Shown piece after piece: positions 25,248-33,697 of a stretch of 43,359 nucleotides of DNA. This DNA is from Klebsiella phage 6937: sequence record OL362270.1, one strand, 5' to 3'. The notes under the pieces are model-generated. The model was not told where the DNA came from and did no database searches. It worked only from the letters and a program-made list of their open reading frames with translations. The translations under genes were made by a program, and so were the position numbers. The first letter of the stretch is position 1. Each line of letters begins with the position of its first letter.

Positions 25248-25269
25248 ATTAGTTACACTCTAAGAACAC
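25248..25269 (+). promoter_or_regulatory. phage-RNAP late promoter, consensus ATTAGTTACACTCTAAGAACAC
   Basis: Exact 22-mer, also at 28565 and 39777. It is 15 nt upstream of ATG 25284. Confidence 0.7.
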
Positions 25270-25283
25270 TGAACGAGGTAATC

Positions 25284-25463
25284 ATGTCTCAAGATAAACA
25301 AGTCGTGCAGGTTGTTACACACCGGCTGTCGCCGGAAGCGTACATCCAGCTCGAACGTCTATGCCCTGCTCCTGCGTTAAGCAATAACCCTGATAGTGCC
25401 GCGTACAACCTTGGCGTGCAATTCGTACTGGCCAAGCTACGCGAAGGGTTTGTGGTGGGCTAA
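25284..25463 (+). CDS. hypothetical small protein (59 aa)
   Basis: ATG 25284 after AACGAGG. The longer six-frame ORF from 25227 would start inside the promoter and is rejected. Confidence 0.5.
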   Translation: MSQDKQVVQVVTHRLSPEAYIQLERLCPAPALSNNPDSAAYNLGVQFVLAKLREGFVVG

Positions 25464-25885
25464 TGGACGCGCGCTTTTTCTTGAAGGAACCAGGAGAGCC
25501 CACGGAAGGGATTGACCGCCTCATGAAGGCCCACTGGATAGTAAACCCAGCATTCCACAGGTACTACACCTACGAGGGCTGGATAGCAACTGTGCGGGAG
25601 CTTATTGAATCCAACTACCGCGCCGAGGGGTTTTTAGTCGGTACATCCGGGCAGGCTTTTGCCGCTACAATCTGGATGCCAGTTTTAGACCCACACTATG
25701 GCGAGGTGGCGTACCCAATAGCTCACACGGTGGACCCGTTCTGGCGTGGTAACGTGGAGGTGCTGCGGTCAGTGTCCAAACTTCGCCGTGATTGCGTAGT
25801 TCATCTGGGTGTTGACAGATACCTGGATGTCAAACACATTTCCGACTGTGAACAACGACAGCGACTCAGGAGTATCAATGAGTAA
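25463..25885 (+). CDS. hypothetical protein (140 aa)
   Basis: Coupled start (TAATGG). Confidence 0.5.
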   Translation: MDARFFLKEPGEPTEGIDRLMKAHWIVNPAFHRYYTYEGWIATVRELIESNYRAEGFLVGTSGQAFAATIWMPVLDPHYGEVAYPIAHTVDPFWRGNVEVLRSVSKLRRDCVVHLGVDRYLDVKHISDCEQRQRLRSINE

Positions 25886-26267
25886 GATTTTTAAGAAGAT
25901 TACCAAGCCCCTTAGTAAGGCGCTCGGTGCCGTAACGGGTGCCAACGCCACTAAGGCGGCTGCGGCATCTCAGGCCCGGCAGATGGAGGAGCAGCGTAAG
26001 CAGGAAGCGGTGGCGGCGCAAGCGGCAGCACAGAATGCCCGTGACCAGGCGGCTGCGGCGCAGGACTCTATAGAGAGTACAATCGCACGAGATGCAGCCA
26101 CACGGGCAGCGGCAGACGCCCAGGCAGCAGCACAGGCTGATAACTCTCAATCGGTAGATGTGCGGGCCTCCGAAGAAGTAGCGTCCACGGATTCCAGCGG
26201 CCGGAGGCTGAACACCCGTGATAAGTTTCAAAGCCGTGGTAACGGAAACACAGGACTCCGCTTATGA
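25878..26267 (+). CDS. Ala/Gln-rich hypothetical (virion-associated?) protein (129 aa)
   Basis: ATG 25878 after CAGGAG. Low-complexity AAQA repeats. It immediately precedes the portal. Confidence 0.45.
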   Translation: MSKIFKKITKPLSKALGAVTGANATKAAAASQARQMEEQRKQEAVAAQAAAQNARDQAAAAQDSIESTIARDAATRAAADAQAAAQADNSQSVDVRASEEVASTDSSGRRLNTRDKFQSRGNGNTGLRL

Positions 26268-27769
26268 GTAATTCCGCAAAGCACCGCTATGGTCAGCTAC
26301 AGGCTAAACGCTCTGGACTGGAGACACGTAGTGAACGCTATGCGGAGCTGACAATCCCTTCGGTGTGCCCGCGTGATGGGTATGACGAAGGGACTCAGGA
26401 GCTGAACCTGGACTATCAGAGTGTGGGCGCTCAGTGTGTGAACAACCTCGTCAACAAGATGATGCTGGCACTGTTCGCACCCTCTCGCCCATTCCTGCGC
26501 CTGGACCTGCCAGCCTCTACCCAGGCGGCGCTGACGCAGGCACTTGGACTGTCCGACTCTCAGCTTCGTGAGCAGCTCGCCATAGCAGAGAAAGAGGCCA
26601 TGAAGGTGCTCGACAAGAGCGCATCGCGGCCAGTTCTGTACGAACTTATGGCACACCTCGCTATCACAGGTAACTGTGCGCGGTACATGGAAGACGGTGT
26701 GATGCGCATCTTCGGCATCAAACAGTACGTCGCCCGCCGGAACAACAAGGGCCAGCTGGTGGAGATTATCACCACCGAGAAGGTCTGCGTTGAAGACCTC
26801 CCTGCGGAAGTGCAGGTGTTTGCCCGCCAGGGTGACAAGGAAGTGTGTTACTACCGCTGGTGGAAGTGGGATGAGAAGCGCCAGCTGTTCTTCGAAAAGC
26901 AGTACGTAGAAGACACTCTGGTAGACATTCCCAAGTACCAGGGCCAGTACAAGCGTACTGACATGCCAATCCAGGCGCACTGCTGGCGACTGCCTAGTGG
27001 CAAGCACTACGGAATCGGCATCGTCGAAGACTACGTGGCGGACCTTGAGGGTCTCAGCATGTTGTCAGAGGCCGAGGTTAACGGCGCTATCCTGGCATCC
27101 GAGTTCCGCTGGCTGGTAAACCCAGGCGGGCAGACTAGGCCGGAGGACTTCAAGACCACACGAAACGGAGACAGCATCCCAGGTCAGAAAGGCGATGTAG
27201 AGCTGGTGGTTGCGGCGGAAGCTGCGGCGGCACTGCAAATTGTCGGTGGGGTGGCTGAGAAGTACATTCGACGGCTGGGCTCGGCATTCCTCATGGCTCA
27301 GAGCATTCAGCGAGATGCAGAGCGAGTGACAGCGGAAGAGATTCGCATCCTGGCCAACGAGCTGGAGACTACCCTGGGTGGTATCTACTCGCGGCAGGCG
27401 GTGGACCTACAGCTTCCCCTGGCGTACTGGATGCTTGAGCAGGTCGATATGGACGTGCTGGGCGACTCAGAGCTGCAACCGACCATCATCACTGGTCTGG
27501 ATGCGCTTAGCCGTAACGGCGACCTGGAGAACCTCCAGATGTTCATGAACGACTGTATGCCATTCGTGACCATGCCTCCGGAGTTTGCTGACTACTTCAA
27601 GCTGCCTAACATATTCTCTGACCTGGCCGCCGGGCGTGGCATCATGGCGAGCACGTACCTGAACGACCAGGGTACTGTGGACCAGCTGCGTCAGACCAGA
27701 CAGCAGCAGCTGATGCAGCAACAACAAGAACTAACGGCCCAAGAGGCCGCACTCAAAGGAAATAAATAA
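26264..27769 (+). CDS. portal (head-tail connector) protein
   Basis: 501 aa. Its position before scaffold and capsid, and its size and composition, are typical of T7 gp8-like portals. Confidence 0.8.
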   Translation: MSNSAKHRYGQLQAKRSGLETRSERYAELTIPSVCPRDGYDEGTQELNLDYQSVGAQCVNNLVNKMMLALFAPSRPFLRLDLPASTQAALTQALGLSDSQLREQLAIAEKEAMKVLDKSASRPVLYELMAHLAITGNCARYMEDGVMRIFGIKQYVARRNNKGQLVEIITTEKVCVEDLPAEVQVFARQGDKEVCYYRWWKWDEKRQLFFEKQYVEDTLVDIPKYQGQYKRTDMPIQAHCWRLPSGKHYGIGIVEDYVADLEGLSMLSEAEVNGAILASEFRWLVNPGGQTRPEDFKTTRNGDSIPGQKGDVELVVAAEAAAALQIVGGVAEKYIRRLGSAFLMAQSIQRDAERVTAEEIRILANELETTLGGIYSRQAVDLQLPLAYWMLEQVDMDVLGDSELQPTIITGLDALSRNGDLENLQMFMNDCMPFVTMPPEFADYFKLPNIFSDLAAGRGIMASTYLNDQGTVDQLRQTRQQQLMQQQQELTAQEAALKGNK

Positions 27770-28551
27770 TGCTTTTCATGAATATCGCACGTAAGTTTGG
27801 AGCAGTGTACCAGGAAGAAGCAGGTGCAGAGGCTGGCTCTCCGGCAGCGGCAGCCCCAAGCGAGCCAGCAGCCCCGGCGACACCGGCAGCTACCACAGCG
27901 ACTACTGAACCTGCTGCGCCCGCTACGGGCACTGTGGACTATTCTGGCGTTATCGCTGAGTACGCCGAGGGTAAGCCTGCACTCGCAGTAGCCCTGGGCT
28001 TCCTCGGTGAGTGCGGCATTGACCATACTGGCCAGGCATTCGAGCTGGCAAAGGGTGGTGACTTCACCCTGCTGGAAGCCGAACTCGCCAAGCTGGGCAA
28101 GGCAGGCACGGCGGAGATGGTGGCCATCCTCAAGCAGGAGGTTGAGGCTAACGACAAGGCGGCACAGGAGCACGCTGCTAAGACGGAGCAGACACTCAAC
28201 GACATTCTTGGTGAGAGCAAGGACGTAATCCTGGAGTGGGCCCGCAACGGTGCCACCGAGCAGGAGAAGTCGGCCATCAACGAGATGTTGGACGCTGGCG
28301 GCTTCTATGCGCACTGTGCGGCTGTAGCTCTGCGCGAGGCGTATCAGAACTCCAACAACACCATCCCGGCCAAGAATCCGGTAACTAGCTCCTCTGCGTC
28401 GCAGGGTGCAGCCACTGCTCTGACAGCCCGCGACTTTGCGGCTGAGTGTGAGAAGCTGTCCCGTGCTAACGGTGGTGCTGACCCACGACTGCTGCCGGGT
28501 TATGCCCAGCTGCAACAGCGCCGTGCGGTAGGTCGTAAACAGGGTATCTAA
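27769..28551 (+). CDS. scaffolding protein
   Basis: 260 aa, Ala/Glu-rich, helical. Lies between portal and capsid. Confidence 0.65.
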   Translation: MLFMNIARKFGAVYQEEAGAEAGSPAAAAPSEPAAPATPAATTATTEPAAPATGTVDYSGVIAEYAEGKPALAVALGFLGECGIDHTGQAFELAKGGDFTLLEAELAKLGKAGTAEMVAILKQEVEANDKAAQEHAAKTEQTLNDILGESKDVILEWARNGATEQEKSAINEMLDAGGFYAHCAAVALREAYQNSNNTIPAKNPVTSSSASQGAATALTARDFAAECEKLSRANGGADPRLLPGYAQLQQRRAVGRKQGI

Positions 28552-28564
28552 CAGCTAAAAGTTG

Positions 28565-28586
28565 ATTAGTTACACTCTAAGAACAC
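28565..28586 (+). promoter_or_regulatory. phage-RNAP late promoter (exact consensus) upstream of major capsid gene
   Basis: ATTAGTTACACTCTAAGAACAC exact. It is 46 nt upstream of ATG 28632. Confidence 0.7.
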
Positions 28587-28631
28587 ACAACGATTTCACG
28601 GGCCGCTCAGGCCCATCAATGGAGAAGTACA

Positions 28632-29675
28632 ATGGCAGAAGTAGGCATCTTTGCATCCACCAACGTGCAGTATGACATCACCCGTCCTAACCAGCGCCTC
28701 GGTGCAGGTGACGAACTGGCTGACGTAACTGAGCAGTTCACTGGCACGGTAGAAGGCACCATCAAGCGCCGCTCTATCATGGCAGGCTTTATCCCGGTAC
28801 GTTCCGTTCGCGGCACCTCTACCATCTCCAACCGTGGTATTTCTCGCGCTAAGCTGAGCAAAATCACCCCCGGTGTGACTCCGACTCCGCAGATTGAGCC
28901 GCACACCTCCAAAATCTTCCTGACCATCGACACCGTTATTATCGCCCGTAACGCCGAGCCAATGCTGGACGAGTTCCAGACTGACTACGACTACCAGGGT
29001 GAAGTGGCGCGTGAGCAGGGCCAGGAAATCGCCAACATGTACGACGAGACCCTGTTCATCCAGGCGGCGAAGGCAGCTAAGTCTGCGACCTCTCCGTACG
29101 AGAAGAACAAGGCAGGTGCCAACGTTGCTGGCGCAATGCCGGGCCACTCTGGCGGCCACGTTGTTAAGCTGGCTGCTGCGGCAGACGCGAAGGACCCGGC
29201 GAAGCTGTACGCTGCGATTGCAGATGCGGTTGAGAAGTTCCTGACCGTTGACGTACGCCCGAACGAAGAGGACATGATTTGTGTTCTCCAGCCGTCTGCG
29301 TTCACTGCGCTGATGCAGGCTGAGTTCATCACCAACGGCGAGTACGTGACCTCTGCGGGTGTGACACTGAACACCAAGTACGAGTTCGCTGCCTTCGGCA
29401 TCCCGGTAATCACCTCCAACAACGCGGTATGCGGTAAGACCATCACCGACCACCTGCTGTCGAACACCCGAAATGGCAACGCCTATGACGGTGACTTCTC
29501 CAAGGTTGTCGCGCAAATCTTCTCCCCGCGTGCGCTGCTGGCTGGTTCTACCATCCCGGTGACGTCGAAAATCTTCTTCGACGACATCTCCAAGCTGTGG
29601 TTCATCGACTCCTGGCTGTCCTTCGGCGCGACTGTAAACCGCCCGGAATACGCCGCAGTTATCGAACTGCCGTAA
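28632..29675 (+). CDS. major capsid protein
   Basis: 347 aa. SD GGAGAAG upstream. It sits between a strong promoter and the strongest terminator, and its size is typical. Confidence 0.8.
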   Translation: MAEVGIFASTNVQYDITRPNQRLGAGDELADVTEQFTGTVEGTIKRRSIMAGFIPVRSVRGTSTISNRGISRAKLSKITPGVTPTPQIEPHTSKIFLTIDTVIIARNAEPMLDEFQTDYDYQGEVAREQGQEIANMYDETLFIQAAKAAKSATSPYEKNKAGANVAGAMPGHSGGHVVKLAAAADAKDPAKLYAAIADAVEKFLTVDVRPNEEDMICVLQPSAFTALMQAEFITNGEYVTSAGVTLNTKYEFAAFGIPVITSNNAVCGKTITDHLLSNTRNGNAYDGDFSKVVAQIFSPRALLAGSTIPVTSKIFFDDISKLWFIDSWLSFGATVNRPEYAAVIELP

Positions 29676-29684
29676 GACCAACTG

Positions 29685-29712
29685 GCCTGCCCTTATGGGT
29701 GGGCCTTTTTTC
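29685..29712 (+). terminator. rho-independent terminator after capsid gene
   Basis: GGCCTGCCC-ttat-GGGTGGGCC followed by TTTTTT. Confidence 0.75.
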
Positions 29713-29726
29713 GTTGAGACGATGCA

Positions 29727-30311
29727 ATGATTGATGAACTGAACGTGGTAAACGCTTGTCTCGGCTCTATCGGTGAACTTCCTGTAGTAGAGCTGACAGA
29801 TGACCATCCCCTGATTGCAGCAGCACGTAGTCGGTTGGCTGACGCTTTAGTCCAGGAGAGTCACATCAAGTGGTGGTTCAACACGGATTGGGAAACCCTC
29901 CGCGTAGCCAACGACCACTTCATCTACACCCCGGCAGACGCCGTATCGGTGTACCCTTACCGCAGACCTGACCTGATTCAGCGCGGTCGTCGACTGTGGG
30001 ACCGTATTAATTCCACCTACGAGATGAAGGGCCCGGTGCTCGCAATCGTGGTGCGCAACCTGCCTCTTGAGGACCTGCCTCCGCAGGTGGCTCTGCTGGT
30101 CAAGTATGCCACAGTGCAGCTGTTCCAGCAGGACTACGACGCCGACGAGGCGAAGAAGGCAGACGTGGCGCAGGCGTATACTAAAGCGTTTGTAACCTGC
30201 AACGCAGAACATGCCAGACAGGTACAGCTCAATGGGCTGGAGACCCTGTTCACAGGGCGAGAGCGCGGTCGCTTACGTCCTCGACAGTCTTCTGGAATCC
30301 CTGTGAGGTGA
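29727..30311 (+). CDS. tail tubular protein A (gp11-like)
   Basis: 194 aa. Position and size match. Confidence 0.7.
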   Translation: MIDELNVVNACLGSIGELPVVELTDDHPLIAAARSRLADALVQESHIKWWFNTDWETLRVANDHFIYTPADAVSVYPYRRPDLIQRGRRLWDRINSTYEMKGPVLAIVVRNLPLEDLPPQVALLVKYATVQLFQQDYDADEAKKADVAQAYTKAFVTCNAEHARQVQLNGLETLFTGRERGRLRPRQSSGIPVR

Positions 30312-30336
30312 TTATGATTGGATACGGAGAAGGTTA

Positions 30337-32916
30337 ATGAAGGTTCAAGGCAGCTACCAATCAGTGGTGCTCGGCGTTAGCCAGCAGGTGCCACATGAGC
30401 GGCGTAGCGGTCAGATGTGGGAGCAGGTCAACATGGTGAGTGACCCCGTTCGCGGGGTGGCTCGCCGGTGGGGCTCTGTGTTCCTGGATGCCCGCAGCGT
30501 TCGCGACACTACGATGTCCGAATCAGATATGAAGCAGGCTGTAAACCTGTACCGAGAAGCAGAGTTCACCTGCGACGGCCGTGACCTGGTTGTGCTGTAT
30601 GCCAAGGGCAATACAGTGCCGTACGGTCTACCGCCAGTAATGGCCTACGACATCACCCAGAAGAAGACCCTGGATGTGCAGGGAGAGGGTCCGCTGTGGG
30701 ACCTGTTGAAGACCAACGGGGCATCCTCGCGGGTGAATATCGGCAGATTCCTGTATCTGTCTGTTAACAATCACAAGACGACATTCACCGTCAACAACAG
30801 AATCAAGAATGCGCTGGACCCGAAGGCCGGTGCTCTGTGGATTCGCCAGGGCAACTTCTCCCGCAAGTACGAAGTGACCATCGTGAAGCCGGACGGTAGC
30901 TCCGAGGTGTTTGAGTACACAACACCGCCTGCCTCCTATCCAGGCAAGCTGGACACGTCTGACATCCCAATCCCCGATGTGCCGACAAACCCAGGAACAG
31001 ATGACGGGTGGTCTCCTTCTAATACGCTGTTACAGCAGTATCAGAAAGACCTGGCCGCGTACAACAAACTGATTAGTGACCGAACGAACGAGTACAACTC
31101 TGCGGTTACTAACTGGATTGGTGAGGCCACGGCGAAGATGCAGCCTGCCTATATCGCACAGCAGCTCGCTGAGAAGATTACAGCCGCAGGGCACGCAGAG
31201 GTACAGCACGTTGGTGCCTATATTGCGTGGAGTTCAGCCTCCAATATCGCGGATGCTGTACCATCTGAGAACAGCGACGGCACGTTCATGCGTGCGGTGG
31301 CCTACCAGGTGGACGCCGTAGAGAACCTTACCCCTAAGCATTGGGTAGGGCACATCGTCAAGGTGGCTGCTAAGAAGCAGGACCAGAAGGATGCCTACTA
31401 CATGGAGGCGTTCCGCAAGACAGAGGACGGCGAAACGTTCACGGATGTAATCTGGAGAGAGACTGCCGGACAGCAGACGGTGCCTGGCTCAATGTTCCTG
31501 CACTGCTGGGCAGATAACGACACGCTGTACGTTGCCAGCAGCCCGGAAGGGTTAAATGCAATGGCCCCGGATGCTGATGCGCCTGGGTATGAGCGAAGCT
31601 CGGTTGGAGATGCCCTCTCCTCGCCAGCTCCCGGATTCTTCGGGAAACCCATAAACTACATGGGCGTATTCCAGGACCGACTTCTGATTAGCGCAGGGGC
31701 TGTGGTGTTTGCAAGCCGACCAGGCGACTACCTTAACTGGTTCCGCAAGACAGTGCTGGATGTGTTGGACAACGACCCAATGGAGATGTATGCCCTGGGC
31801 TCGGAGGATGACACAATCTCCTGGGATACCACGTTCGACCGTAACCTGGTGCTCTTTGGCCGCAAGAACCAATACCTAATCCCCGGACGTCAGACCATGA
31901 GTCCCAAGTCCCCGTACATCCAGATTATGTCCAGCATCAAAGACACTGTTCTGGCGGAGCCGAAGGCGAGCGGGAGCTACGTATTCTACGGGAAGGACAC
32001 CTCGGTTAAAGGTAGTGTGCACCAGATTCAAATCGGTGCTGTGTCTGACAGCTCGGACAGCTACGAGATTAGCCAGGCGCTGGACAACTACCTGCAAGGG
32101 AGACCTGTTCAGCTGGTCACTATCCAGTCACCCAACAACGTAGTTGTCCGCACCACGGATTACAACTATGGACTGTACATTTACACGTACCTCCAGAATA
32201 TGAACGGCGGGGAGAGGGTGTTCGATAGCTGGTCTCGGTGGGAGTGGCCGAAGGCCTTGGGTATGTGTGTTGGCATGTGCGACGACGATGGCAAGCTGCT
32301 AGTGTTCAAGCTCCGCAACAACAACGGCACCACTACGCTACAGGTTGAGCTGTTCAGCTTCGAGACGGAGCTGCCAGATACCGGATATCTGGACTGCAAC
32401 CGCCCAATGGACGAAGAGGTTCCTATGGAGTCCGGAAGAGCAGCCCACTACACAGGCGGCCACCCGTACTACCTGCTGGGTTCTCGCCTGGATAAGATTG
32501 ACAGCAATATGTCGTGGTGGCGTGAGGATATAGAACACCTGCGCACAGGCTTCATCACGGATGCATACGTCGTCCCAACGTCTCCGTATATGCGGGACAG
32601 GAACGATAACCCTATCACAACAGGACGCCTGACCCTGGGCAGCTTCAAGGTCAACGTCGAACAGACCGCCGGGCTATACGGCCAGGTGACTACTGCCGAC
32701 CGCACCTATGAGATGGTGGACTACGGCGGGCGACTCCTCACCCGCAAATCGAACCAGGTAGGCCGTGTGCCTCTTGTGGACACCTCCCTGTCCGTCCCGG
32801 TGTATCGGGAGATTCGAGAGTTCCAGCTGCGACTACAGGCACGCGACTGGCTCCCTCTGACCATTACTGGCCTGGAGTGGGTTGGTCAATGGTTCAACCG
32901 CACACAGAGGGTGTAA
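30337..32916 (+). CDS. tail tubular protein B (gp12-like)
   Basis: 859 aa, the large β-rich protein after gp11. Confidence 0.8.
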   Translation: MKVQGSYQSVVLGVSQQVPHERRSGQMWEQVNMVSDPVRGVARRWGSVFLDARSVRDTTMSESDMKQAVNLYREAEFTCDGRDLVVLYAKGNTVPYGLPPVMAYDITQKKTLDVQGEGPLWDLLKTNGASSRVNIGRFLYLSVNNHKTTFTVNNRIKNALDPKAGALWIRQGNFSRKYEVTIVKPDGSSEVFEYTTPPASYPGKLDTSDIPIPDVPTNPGTDDGWSPSNTLLQQYQKDLAAYNKLISDRTNEYNSAVTNWIGEATAKMQPAYIAQQLAEKITAAGHAEVQHVGAYIAWSSASNIADAVPSENSDGTFMRAVAYQVDAVENLTPKHWVGHIVKVAAKKQDQKDAYYMEAFRKTEDGETFTDVIWRETAGQQTVPGSMFLHCWADNDTLYVASSPEGLNAMAPDADAPGYERSSVGDALSSPAPGFFGKPINYMGVFQDRLLISAGAVVFASRPGDYLNWFRKTVLDVLDNDPMEMYALGSEDDTISWDTTFDRNLVLFGRKNQYLIPGRQTMSPKSPYIQIMSSIKDTVLAEPKASGSYVFYGKDTSVKGSVHQIQIGAVSDSSDSYEISQALDNYLQGRPVQLVTIQSPNNVVVRTTDYNYGLYIYTYLQNMNGGERVFDSWSRWEWPKALGMCVGMCDDDGKLLVFKLRNNNGTTTLQVELFSFETELPDTGYLDCNRPMDEEVPMESGRAAHYTGGHPYYLLGSRLDKIDSNMSWWREDIEHLRTGFITDAYVVPTSPYMRDRNDNPITTGRLTLGSFKVNVEQTAGLYGQVTTADRTYEMVDYGGRLLTRKSNQVGRVPLVDTSLSVPVYREIREFQLRLQARDWLPLTITGLEWVGQWFNRTQRV

Positions 32917-32917
32917 G

Positions 32918-33697
32918 ATGGTTTGGGCTCAACTCGCAATGGGGGCCGCAAACGCCTTAACTGGTAAGTCTGCAAAGGCTTCCCAGATGAAGGTGGCAAA
33001 GTCCCAGCTCGCCTTGGACAAAGGGCGGGCCAACAACAAGATGCAGATTCAGGTTGCGAATAACCTGCTGTCTGCGGCACAGGCCGAGGTACAGCGAAGC
33101 AATCAGGCACGCCAGAACCGTAAGGTTATGGAGAACATGGAGAAGGGCCTGGAGCAAAACGCATTCAACCTCGGTAAGCAGATGGATGGGCTTACGTCTA
33201 ACAGGTTCTCCGCACGTCTCCAGGGTGCGGGAGCTTTGGGTACATTGGCTGCGACAGCGGCCTCTGCTGGGGTGGCTGGGGCGTCTGTGGATGCCCTGGC
33301 TAATACTGAGGTGTTCCGCCAGGAGCTGGCAGACCAGGCGATGGAGAAGCAGGCGAAGGACGCCAGCTACGTCGCCAGTCTGAATAACAGCGCGTTGGTG
33401 GACAACGCATACAATAACCTCGACGATTCATACGTGTTCGCCAGCTTCGACTACAGCCCGCGTGACTTTGTATTAGACACAACGGCGCAGTACAAGTGGG
33501 GCCTCATGAATGCCGTTACGGACTTCGCGTCTGGATTCTCCGGCAACATGAATCAGATGGGTATTAACCTCCAGGAGTACGGCTACAAAGGTGAATCTTC
33601 ACTGGCGCAGGCCGGAAGTAATGCCTGGGGTGCGTTGAAAGGCGGTGCCTCCAAGCTGTTTGGGGGCGGTAATGCAGGTGCAACTACGAGGTTATAA
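32918..33697 (+). CDS. internal virion protein (gp14-like)
   Basis: ATG 32918 with AGAGGG upstream, directly after the gp12 stop. 259 aa. Confidence 0.55.
   Translation: MVWAQLAMGAANALTGKSAKASQMKVAKSQLALDKGRANNKMQIQVANNLLSAAQAEVQRSNQARQNRKVMENMEKGLEQNAFNLGKQMDGLTSNRFSARLQGAGALGTLAATAASAGVAGASVDALANTEVFRQELADQAMEKQAKDASYVASLNNSALVDNAYNNLDDSYVFASFDYSPRDFVLDTTAQYKWGLMNAVTDFASGFSGNMNQMGINLQEYGYKGESSLAQAGSNAWGALKGGASKLFGGGNAGATTRL

Noticed and set aside
25227-25463. Longer 78-aa version of the ORF starting at 25227
   Set aside because: That start lies inside the AT-rich promoter/inverted-repeat region, upstream of the consensus promoter at 25248. ATG 25284 has a proper RBS.
28632-29675. Programmed -1 frameshift producing a long capsid variant (as in T7 10A/10B)
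   Set aside because: No slippery heptamer followed by an extended alternate-frame ORF was evident near the 3' end of the capsid gene. The strong terminator follows immediately.
28596-29807. 403-aa minus-strand ORF antisense to the major capsid gene. Similar long minus-strand ORFs include 19457-20224, 21256-21981, 26297-27007, 27691-28515, 38221-39117 and 2219-2962.
   Set aside because: All lie antisense to well-supported + strand genes in a GC-rich genome. They have no RBS and no motifs, and their composition is Arg/Ser/Leu-rich as expected from shadow frames. The whole genome is transcribed rightward from phage and host promoters.
32882-32917. TTG-initiated extension of the gp14-like gene
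   Set aside because: It overlaps the gp12 3' end. ATG 32918 follows the gp12 stop directly and has an AGAGGG SD.
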